NCBI GenBank assembly: GCA_040954595.2
Contig: CM082580.2
Location: 4,268,783-4,332,782 of the forward strand
DNA from: Balanoglossus misakiensis
Lineage: Eukaryota; Animalia; Hemichordata
Direction of reading: 5' to 3'
Length of the DNA stretch: 64,000 bases
The position numbers and the translations under genes are program-made. Below the pieces are notes generated by a model. It saw only the letters and a program-made list of their open reading frames with translations. It was not told where the DNA came from and did no database searches. Below, in pieces: positions 54,301-64,000 of this stretch (the stretch's first letter is position 1; every line of letters begins with the position of its first letter).

Positions 54301-57300
54301 GCCTCTTTGGTCTTCTTGATGTGACATCCTCTTGGTCCAGAAAACTATGGGGTCAGAGGTTGCCAGCACTTGACCCACCGCTGGGATTGGCCTTTACCAC
54401 CAAACCTCTGCAACATATCAGGCTCTTTGGTCTTCTTGATGTGGCATCTTCTTGGTCCAGAAAACTATGGGGTGAGAGGTTGCCAGCACTTGACCCACCG
54501 CTGGGATTGGTCTTTACCACCAAACCTCTGCAACATGTCAGGCTCTTTGGTCTTCTTGATGTGACATCTTCTTGGTCCAGAAAACTATGGGGTCAGAGGT
54601 TGCCAGCACTTGACCCACCGCTGGGATTGCCCTTTACCACCAAACCTCTGCAACATATCAGCCTCTTTGGTCTTCTTGATGTGACATCCTCTTGGTCCAG
54701 AAAACTATGGGGTCAGAGGTTGCCAGCACTTGACTCACCGCTGGGATTGGCCTTTACCACCAAACCACTGCAACATATCAGGCTCTTTGGTCTTCTTGAT
54801 GTGACACCATCTTGGTCCAGAAAACTATGGGGTCAGAGGTTGCCAGCACTTGACCCACCGCTGGGATTGGCCTTTACCACCAAACCTCTGCAACATATCA
54901 GTCTCTTTGGTCTTCTTGATGTGACATCCTCTTGGTCCAGAAAACTATGGGGTCAGAGGTTGCCAGCACTTGACCCACCGCTGGGATTGGCCTATACCAC
55001 CAAACCTCTGCAACATATCAGCCTCTTTGGTCTTCTTGATGTGACATCTTCTTGGTCCAGAAAACTATGGGGTCAGAGGTTGCCAGCACTTGACCCACCA
55101 GTGGGATTGGCCTTTACCACCAAACCTCTGCACCAAATTAGGCTCTTTGGTCTTCTTGATGTGGCATCTTCTTGGTCCAGAAAACTATGGGGTCAGAGGT
55201 TGCCAGCACTTGACCCACCGCTGGGATTGGCCTTTACCACCAAACCTCTGCAACATATCAGCCTCTTTGGTCTTCTTGATGTGACATCTTCTTGGTCCAG
55301 AAAACTATGGGGTCAGAGGTTGCCAGCACTTGACCCACCGGTGGGATTGGCCTTTACCACCAAACCTCTGCAACATATCAGGCTCTTTGGTCTTCTTGAT
55401 GTGACATCCTCTTGGTCCAGAAAACTATGGGGTCAGAGGTTGCCAGCACTTGACCCACCGGTGGGATTGGCCTTTACCACCAAACCTCTGCAACATATCA
55501 GCCTCTTTGGTCTTCTTGATGTGACACCATCTTGGTCCAGAAAACTATGGGGTCAGAGGTTGCCAGCACTTGACCCACCGCTGGGATTGGCCTTTACCAC
55601 CAAACCTCTGCAACATATCAGTCTCTTTGGTCTTCTTGATGTGACATCCTCTTGGTCCAGAAAACTATGGGGTCAGAGGTTGCCAGCACTTGACCCACCG
55701 CTGGGATTGGCCTTTACCACCAAACCTCCGCAACATATCAGCCTCTTTGGTCTTCTTGATGTGACATCCTCTTGTCCAGAAAACTATGGGGTCAGAGGTT
55801 GCCAGCACTTGACCCACCGCTGGGATTGGCCTTTACCACCAAACCTCTGCAACATATCAGGCTCTTTGGTCTGCTTGATGTGGCATCTTCTTGGTCCAGA
55901 AAACTATGGGGTCAGAGGTTGCCAGCACTTGACTCACCGCTGGGATTGGCCTTTACCACCAAACCACTGCAACATATCAGGCTCTTTGGTCTTCTTGATG
56001 TGACACCATCTTGGTCCAGAAAACTATGGGGTCAGAGGTTGCCAGCACTTGACCCACCGCTGGGATTGGCCTTTACCACCAAACCTCTGCAACATATCAG
56101 TCTCTTTGGTCTTCTTGATGTGACATCCTCTTGGTCCAGAAAACTATGGGGTCAGAGGTTGCCAGCACTTGACCCACCGCTGGGATTGGCCTATACCACC
56201 AAACCTCTGCAACATATCAGCCTCTTTGGTCTTCTTGATGTGACATCTTCTTGGTCCAGAAAACTATGGGGTCAGAGGTTGCCAGCACTTGACCCACCAG
56301 TGGGATTGGCCTTTACCACCAAACCTCTGCACCAAATTAGGCTCTTTGGTCTTCTTGATGTGGCATCTTCTTGGTCCAGAAAACTATGGGGTCAGAGGTT
56401 GCCAGCACTTGACCCACCGCTGGGATTGGCCTTTACCACCAAACCTCTGCAACATATCAGCCTCTTTGGTCTTCTTGATGTGACATCTTCTTGGTCCAGA
56501 AAACTATGGGGTCAGAGGTTGCCAGCACTTGACCCACCGGTGGGATTGGCCTTTACCACCAAACCTCTGCAACATATCAGGCTCTTTGGTCTTCTTGATG
56601 TGACATCCTCTTGGTCCAGAAAACTATGGGGTCAGAGGTTGCCAGCACTTGACCCACCGGTGGGATTGGCCTTTACCACCAAACCTCTGCAACATATCAG
56701 CCTCTTTGGTCTTCTTGATGTGACACCATCTTGGTCCAGAAAACTATGGGGTCAGAGGTTGCCAGCACTTGACCCAACGCTGGGATTGGCCTTTACCACC
56801 AAACCTCTGCAACATATCAGTCTCTTTGGTCTTCTTGATGTGACATCCTCTTGGTCCAGAAAACTATGGGGTCAGAGGTTGCCAGCACTTGACCCACCGG
56901 TGGGATTGGCCTTTACCACCAAACCTCTGCAACATATCAGGCTCTTTGGTCTTCTTGATGTGACATCCTCTTGGTCCAGAAAACTATGGGGTCAGAGGTT
57001 GCCAGCACTTGACCCACCGCTGGGATTGGCCTTTACCACCAAACCTCTGCAACATATCAGCCTCTTTGGTCTTCTTGATGTGACATCCTCTTGTCCAGAA
57101 AACTATGGGGTCAGAGGTTGCCAGCACTTGACCCACCGCTGGGATTGGCCTTTACCACCAAACCTCTGCAACATATCAGGCTCTTTGGTCTGCTTGATGT
57201 GGCATCTTCTTGGTCCAGAAAACTATGGGGTCAGAGGTTGCAAGCACTTGACCCACCGCTGGGATTGGCCTTTACCACCAAACCTCTGCAACATATCAGG

Positions 57301-60164
57301 CTCTTTGGTCTGCTTGATGTGGCATCTTCTTGGTCCAGAAAACTATGGGGTCAGAGGTTGCCAGCACTTGACCCACCGCTGGGATTGGCCTTTACCACCA
57401 AACCTCTGCAACATATCAGGCTCTTTGGTCTGCTTGATGTGGCATCTTCTTGGTCCAGAAAACTATGGGGTCAGAGGTTGCCAGCACTTGACTCACCGCT
57501 GGGATTGGCCTTTACCACCAAACCTCTGCAACATATCAGCCTCTTTGGTCTTCTTGATGTGACATCCTCTTGGTCCAGAAAACTATGGGGTCAGAGGTTG
57601 CCAGCACTTGACCCACCGCTGGGATTGGCCTTTACCACCAAACCTCTGCAACATATCAGGCTCTTTGGTCTGCTTGATGTGGCATCTTCTTGGTCCAGAA
57701 AACTATGGGGTCAGAGGTTGCCAGCACTTGACCCACCGCTGGGATTGGCCTTTACCACCAAACCTCTGCAACATATCAGGCTCTTTGGTCTGCTTGATGT
57801 GGCATCTTCTTGGTCCAGAAAACTATGGGGTCAGAGGTTGCCAGCACTTGACCCACCGCTGGGATTGGCCTTTACCACCAAACCTCTGCAACATATCAGG
57901 CTCTTTGGTCTGCTTGATGTGGCATCTTCTTGGTCCAGAAAACTATGGGGTCAGAGGTTGCCAGCACTTGACCCACCGCTGGGATTGGCCTTTACCACCA
58001 AACCTCTGCAACATATCAGGCTCTTTGGTCTGCTTGATGTGGCATCTTCTTGGTCCAGAAAACTATGGGGTCAGAGGTTGCCAGCACTTGACTCACCGCT
58101 GGGATTGGCCTTTACCACCAAACCTCTGCAACATATCAGCCTCTTTGGTCTTCTTGATGTGACATCCTCTTGGTCCAGAAAACTATGGGGTCAGAGGTTG
58201 CCAGCACTTGACCCACCGCTGGGATTGGCCTTTACCACCAGACCTCTGCAACATATCAGCCTCTTTGGTCTTCTTGATGTGACATCCTCTTGGTCCAGAA
58301 AACTATGGGGTCAGAGGTTGCCAGCAATTGACTCACCGCTGGGATTGGCCTTTACCACCAAACCTCTGCAACATATCAGCCTCTTTGGTCTTCTTGATGT
58401 GACATCCTCTTGGTCCAGAAAACTATGGGGTCAGAGGTTGCCAGCATTTGACCCACCGGTGGGATTGGCCTTTACCACCAAACCTCTGCAACATATCAGC
58501 CTCTTTGGTCTTCTTGACGTGACATCCTCTTGGTCCAGAAAACTATGGGGTCAGAGGTTGCCAGCACTTGACCCACCGCTGGGATTGGCCTTTACCACCA
58601 AACCTCTGCAACATATCAGCCTCTTTGGTCTTCTTGATTTGACACCATCTTGGTCCAGAAAACTATGGGGTCAGAGGTTGCCAGCACTTGACCCACCGGT
58701 GGGATTGGCCTTTACCACCAAACCTCTGCAACATATCAGTCTCTTTGGTCTTCTTGATGTGACACCATCTTGGTCCAGAAAACTATGGGGTCAGAGGTTG
58801 CCAGCACTTGACCCATCGGTGGGATTGGCCTTTTCCACCAAACCTCTGCAACATATCAGGCTCTTTGGTCTTCTTGATGTGGCATCTTCTTGGTCCAGAA
58901 AACTATGGGGTCAGAGGTTGCCAGCACTTGACCCACCGGTGGGATTGGCCTTTACCACCAAACCTCTGCAACATATCAGTCTCTTTGGTCTTCTTGATGT
59001 GACACCATCTTGGTCCAGAAAACTATGGGGTCAGAGGTTGCCAGCACTTGACCCACCGCTGGGATTGGCCTTTACCACCAAACCTCTGCAACATATCAGG
59101 CTCTTTGGTCTTCTTGATGTGGCATCTTCTTGGTCCAGAAAACTATGGGGTCAGAGGTTGCCAGCACTTGACCCACCGGTGGGATTGGCCTTTACCACCA
59201 AACCTCTGCAACATATCAGGCTCTTTGGTCTTCTTGATGTGGCATCTTCTTGGTCCAGAAAACTATGGGGTCAGAGGTTGCCAGCACTTGACCCACCGCT
59301 GGGATTGGCCTTTACCACCAAACCTCTGCAACATATCAGGCTCTTTGGTCTTCTTGATGTGGCATCTTCTTGGTCCAGAAAACTATGGGGTCAGAGGTTG
59401 CCAGCACTTGACCCACCGGTGGGATTGGCCTTTACCACCAAACCTCTGCAACATATCAGTCTCTTTGGTCTTCTTGATGTGACACCATCTTGGTCCAGAA
59501 AACTATGGGGTCAGAGGTTGCCAGCACTTGACCCACCGCTGGGATTGGCCTTTACCACCAAACCTCTGCAACATATCAGTCTCTTTGGTCTTCTTGATGT
59601 GACACCATCTTGGTCCAGAAAACTATGGGGTCAGAGGTTGCCAGCACTTGACCCACCGGTGGGATTGGCCTTTACCACCAAACCTCTGCAACATATCAGC
59701 CTCTTTGGTCTTCTTGATGTGACATCCTCTTGGTCAAGACACTTATGGGGTCAGAGGTTGCCAGCACTTCACCCACCGCTGGGATTGGCCTTTACCACCA
59801 AACCTCTGCAACATATCAGCCTCTTTGGTCTTCCTGATGTGACATCCTCTTGGTCCAGAAAACTATGGGGTCAGAGGTTGCCAGTACTTGACCCACCGGT
59901 GGGATTGGCCTTTACCACCAAACCTCTGCAACATATCAGCCTCTTTGGTCTTCTTGATGTGACATCCTCTTGGTCCAGAAAACTATGGGGTCAGAGGTTG
60001 CCAGCACTTGACCCACCGCTGGGATTGGCCTTTACCACCAAACCTCTGCAACATATCAGCCTCTTTGGTCTTCTTGATGTGACATCCTCTTGGTCAAGAC
60101 ACTTATGGGGTCAGAGGTTGCCAGCACTTGACCCACCGGTGGGATTGGCCTTTACCACCAAACC
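42395..60164. repeat. Tandem satellite array, 120-bp monomer, about 148 copies, with higher-order structure
   Basis: Monomer GATGTGACATCCTCTTGGTCCAGAAAACTATGGGGTCAGAGGTTGCCAGCACTTGACCCACCG[G/C]TGGGATTGGCCTTTACCACCAAACCTCTGCAACATATCAGCCTCTTTGGTCTTCTT. The only indels are six 12-bp, two 4-bp and two 1-bp deletions. Confidence 0.98.
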
Positions 60165-60277
60165 CTTTAGAAACAGCAGCCTCAAGTTGATGTGCCATGA
60201 TTATGGTCCATAAAAGTGTTGGATAAGAGCCAGCACTTGCCTCAACAATGGGATTTGTCTTTATCACAAAAGCCTCA
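60165..60277. repeat. Degenerate terminal monomer of the 120-bp array
   Basis: CAGCCTC..TTGATGTGCCAT..TGGTCCATAAAA..GCCAGCACTTGCC..TGGGATTTGTCTTTATCACAAAAGCCTC aligns with the monomer. Confidence 0.75.
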
Positions 60278-61804
60278 AAATTACATTACTATTTCTGTCG
60301 CCTTTAATTATTTCAATTGGTGGTGTATTTTACCCTTTAACTTTTAAGCTTAAGAAATACTGGTAAACTAGCACAAAATGATTTTCTTCATAACACATCA
60401 TCATCTTCTGTTACTTTAACATTTGGTTATATGGCCATATCACTTAAAGACTTACCTTTTCCCTAATCTTGACTACATATATCATTCTATTGATTTCCTA
60501 CCCTCAATTAAAATTCACAAGTTGTAAAAAGAGTAGTCACCTGATCCATATTGATAAACACCAAGATTATGAAAACTTCCAAAACTTATAAACATTGGAA
60601 GGCTCTTATGAGAACTCTATAAATTATCACAAATAATCATGAATTCCTAAATGTCAACATATGCAAATTTGAAGTCCTCTTCGAACATTAAGATTTTTTT
60701 TTATCAGTAATGGCGCCTATCTTGATTATTTTAATTTTGGTGGTTTTTGATAAATTGATTGATCAGTCAATTGGTTAGGTTGCTTTCATTTTTTTTTTCT
60801 GAATAATGTTCAAATTATACATAAAATCAAATTATACATAAAAGAGAAACTTACCATACAAGGAGACTTTCGACAATCAACATCTGGAGATACTTACCTT
60901 TCAAAGATATTTACATGTATCATCCAGAGATAATCCTCCTTCCAAAGATATATCCAATGCCCATTTCCTGATAGTGTAGTTCTGGGCCTCCCATGTGTGT
61001 GGCAGTGTTGGATGTGTTTTGGTGACAATTTGTGGTTAGAAGTGTTTTCACTGCTTCTGTGCTTGTGGCTGTCGTTTATAATTTAATATGTATGTATGCA
61101 TGCATGAAAATATGAAAATGATAGCGATGGGGAAAAACTGAAAGTATTTGCCTTGAAGTTTGATGATCTAAAATACTTATTGTAATGTATTTTTCTTGTT
61201 TGTCTTTTTTTATGTCTGTGTTTAAAAAAAAAAAAAGGAGACATGATGGCGTCATATCATACTGTACAAATGACTAGACTTCTAAATGGTTGTGGAATAG
61301 TCACGATCCTATCCAAACAGTTACTTTAAATAAAAAAGATACACAATACCATTTATACACCCTTCTTAATATCACCAGTTATTAAAATCTTTCATATTTC
61401 CATGTCTGAAACGCCATTTAATATTTGTGTAGTTTGCCAACTCTTGTATGGTTGTCTGGATGAAATGTGAGATGCATGGATTGTTGTTTCCCTGTGATGG
61501 GCTCAGGGGAGTGCAATTTTATTTTTGCACATTTTCTGTAGGTTTGTTTTGATATGATCTGTGCCTTTTTCTGTTTCTTTTGTCTGTGTGCGACGACAGT
61601 GTCAAGTATACAGCCCTATATTTTTTTAAACTTTCATGACTGTGTGGAATTATTTTGAAATTTATGTGAGAGAAGGTTTCCTTGCTTAGTGTCTTTGACA
61701 ATGTTTGAAATGCATTTCAAACCAAATCCAATTACTTTCAAACTAATTTTTCGGAATGCCATCAACGTATAAAATATTTGGAATTTCTTTTGAATTTTAT
61801 GTTT

Positions 61805-61846
61805 GCTGTTGGTGGTGGTGGTGCGTGGTGGTGGTGGTGGTGGTGG

Positions 61847-61896
<50 letters not shown>

Positions 61897-61995
61897 GTGG
61901 TGTTGTGTGTGTGTGTTTGTATGTGTATGCGTGTGTGGAGGGAGGAGGAGGGAGAGATTCGAGAGGGAGATAAGAGAGAGGGGGGGGAGAGAGAT
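61805..61995. repeat. Compound microsatellite (TGG)n(TGA)n(GT)n(GA/GGA)n
   Basis: Directly visible low-complexity runs. Confidence 0.95.
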
Positions 61996-62648
61996 GTAAT
62001 GTAAACCTGCAAGATAAGCAGTCTACTGTAATCCGGAGAAAATGAAATCATTATCGTACGTACAGCAATAAAGTATTTTGTAACAGGTGGGCGATTCTAC
62101 TACTACATGTAATAGTCTGAATGTATAAACATAAATATATCTGAGGTTTGAAAGAAATGCTAAAACAAGACAAACGTGAGGATGAAGCAACGATATGGCC
62201 CAGCCGGGCGCCTCCAACTGTAGATCGGACACATTGACAACGGCCGCGTACACATGATACAGAAATCAAGAAATATTGGCAAGAATATCCTAGAATATAG
62301 TACCACACACTGAATTTTTTCATAATTTTCTTCCCCTTTTCTATGGCTTACTGGCAATATCATCTGCAAAATTCAACCTCGGCGATTCCACCATGATTCT
62401 TGCATCACCGATCTTGCACGGATTCGAGAGTGAATTTTTGGGAGCCCCCAAAATATGTCAAATTAATACATTCCAAAATTGCACTTCATAGTGTTTGCAT
62501 CGTTTTTATGTACACATGTAGAAATTCGAGTCGTAACGCACACTTACCTTTTGGAAAATAACCAATTTCGGCAAAAATTTTGAACAAACAACGGTCGCAC
62601 ACTCCTCACGTCGCCGCATAGAGACAAACAATGAATGGATGCGTGAGG

Positions 62649-62834
62649 CAACATTCTCTGGTTTCCAATGACGACGAACTTTTAGAACCAATCAGAAATA
62701 GCGTGTCTTTTGAGTCAACATTCTCTTGTTTACAATGACGACGAACTTTGAGAACCAATCAGAAATAGCGTGTCTTTGAGTCAACATTCTCTTGTTTACA
62801 GTGACGACGAACTTTGAGAACCAATCAGAAATAG
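62649..62834. repeat. 66-bp minisatellite, ~2.8 copies (copy A)
   Basis: Unit CAACATTCTCTTGTTTACAATGACGACGAACTTTTAGAACCAATCAGAAATAGCGTGTCTTTGAGT starts at 62649, 62716, 62782. Confidence 0.9.
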
Positions 62835-63468
62835 TAATCCGGAGTAAATGAAATGATTATCGTACAGCAATACAGTATTTTGTAACGGGTGGGCGTTTCT
62901 AGTACTACATGTATGTAGTCTGAATGTATAAACATTAATGAATCTGAGGTTTGAAAGAAATGCAAAAAAAGACGTGTGGCGATGCATTAATGTGGCGGAT
63001 ACGCGAAACGTGACGATGAAGTAATGGCCGGCCCCGTGCGCCACCAGCTGTACATTGACAACGGCCGTGTACACATGATGCAGAAATCAAGAAAAGTTGG
63101 CAAGAATGTCCTAGAAATATAATACCACACACTGTAATTTTTTTCTTAATTTCCTTCCCATTTTCGACGGCTGAATGGCAATACCATGCAAAATTCAACC
63201 TCGGCGATTCCACATTCTTGCATCATCGATGCACGGATTCGAGAGTGAATTTTTGGGAGCCCCCAAAATACATGAAATATGCAAAATTTACAGTCCAAAA
63301 TTGCACTTCATAGTGTTTACATCGTTATTACACAAAGGTAGAAATTCGAGTCGTAACGTACACTTACCTTTTGGAAAATAACCAATTTCGGCGAGAATTT
63401 TGAACAAACAACGGTCACACACTCCTCACGTCGCCGCATACAGACAAACAATGAATGGATGCGAGAGG

Positions 63469-63746
63469 CAACATTCTCTGGTTTCCAATGACGACGAACT
63501 TTTAGAACCAATCAGAAATAGCGTGTCTTTTGAGTCAACATTCTCTTGTTTACAATGACGACGAACTTTTAGAACCAATCAGAAATAGCGTGTCTTTGAG
63601 TCAACATTCTCTTGTTTACAATGACGACGAACTTTTAGAACCAATCAGAAATAGCGTGTCTTTGAGTCAACATTCTCTTGTTTACAATGACGACGAACTT
63701 TTAGAACCAATCAGAAATAGCGTGTGTTTGAGTCAACATTCTCTTG
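63469..63746. repeat. 66-bp minisatellite, ~4.2 copies (copy B)
   Basis: Units start at 63469, 63536, 63602, 63668, 63734. Confidence 0.9.
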
Positions 63747-64000
63747 ATTCGTGTGTGACGTTCCTAAACTCGTATCTCCCATTCAGTGTATTTTTTATTG
63801 TGCTGTATTTAGTTAAATCCAGCAAAGTGTCTTGCTCTAGTAGTCTGTCTTTCAGATTACAAGTCGAAGTTGTAGCTCTTGTCGCTTTTCTTTCCAGAAA
63901 GTGCGCCATCTTTAGCAATCGATGATCCAAGGGGAAAAACGAAAGAATTATGACCCCAGCCGCTTGGAAGTTGAAGTGGACATTTTACCTTAAAATAAAA

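Larger units (their letters stand above)
60455..63460 (-). ncRNA. Candidate spliced non-coding transcript with two alternative first exons (hypothesis)
   Basis: Minus-strand G|GTAAGT donors at 63367, 62547, 60897, 60854 and 60455; CCAAT-rich repeats upstream of the first two; no convincing ORF. No transcript data available. Confidence 0.3.
62028..63746. repeat. Tandem duplication of a ~0.8-0.9-kb module (copy A 62028-62833, copy B 62834-63746)
   Basis: Both copies start GTAATCCGGAG and align throughout; each ends in a 66-bp tandem repeat. Confidence 0.9.

Noticed and set aside
42395-60164. CRISPR array
   Set aside because: Eukaryotic context, head-to-tail monomers with no unique spacers, and no cas genes.
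42395-60164. 5S rRNA array (120-bp unit; patches such as GGCCTTTACCACC, AGCACTTGA and ACCGCTGGGA recall 5S)
   Set aside because: Spacing is not colinear with 5S, box C (GGATGGGAG) is missing, and there is no spacer or Pol III T-run. An Infernal RF00001 search would settle any remote derivation.
42395-60164. Selenoprotein-like repeat (frames with a single TGA per monomer)
   Set aside because: Frameshifts break these frames, there is no TGA/Cys interchange, and I could not identify a SECIS or SelenoP domain.
42395-60164. Tandem micro exon-intron units on the minus strand (GTAAAG...CTGAC.CCCATAG)
   Set aside because: A 53-nt intron with no polypyrimidine tract and a 67-nt frame-shifting exon is implausible.
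42404-60213. Giant plus-strand ORFs of 40-aa repeats (SSWSRKLWGQRLPALDPP...)
   Set aside because: One stop-free frame in a 120-bp monomer is likely by chance. The starts are TTG/GTG. CAA>TAA stops (44401, 47145, 47973, 50717, 51437, 52385, 52505, 52625, 53105, 53945) and -4/-1 frameshifts have been propagated by duplication, and most variants are non-synonymous. No coding constraint is evident.
61756-62051. Poly-Met/Val and poly-Ile/Thr/His ORFs
   Set aside because: Translations of a microsatellite.
63530-63925. 131-aa ORF with 22-aa repeats
   Set aside because: Product of the 66-bp minisatellite, with a TTG start.

Overview
AT-rich, intron-containing animal DNA, probably a marine invertebrate (deuterostome-like; species cannot be determined from the sequence). 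I reconstructed four spliced genes by hand; all use GT-AG introns and stay in frame. (1) A 304-aa secreted single-VWD-domain preproprotein (+, 3133-5554). (2) A 589-aa polypeptide GalNAc-transferase (-, 9549-32666, 10 exons). (3) XRCC4 (-, 34251-39562, 351 aa), which sits head-to-head, with 238 bp between ATGs, with (4) TMEM167/kish (+, 39801-40848, 72 aa). The introns carry several MITEs and a nested Helentron-type non-autonomous element. From about 42.4 to 60.2 kb lies a very homogeneous array of about 148 copies of a 120-bp monomer with higher-order (15/30-mer, 10-mer) structure; its long ORFs are repeat artefacts. Beyond it are a cluster of strong minus-strand splice donors and a tandemly duplicated ~0.8-kb module that looks like a promoter plus first exon, preceded by 66-bp repeats carrying NF-Y, AP-1, Fox and CRE-half motifs and pointing toward the array. 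The most interesting, unproven, hypothesis is a spliced non-coding transcript that runs into the 18-kb repeat.
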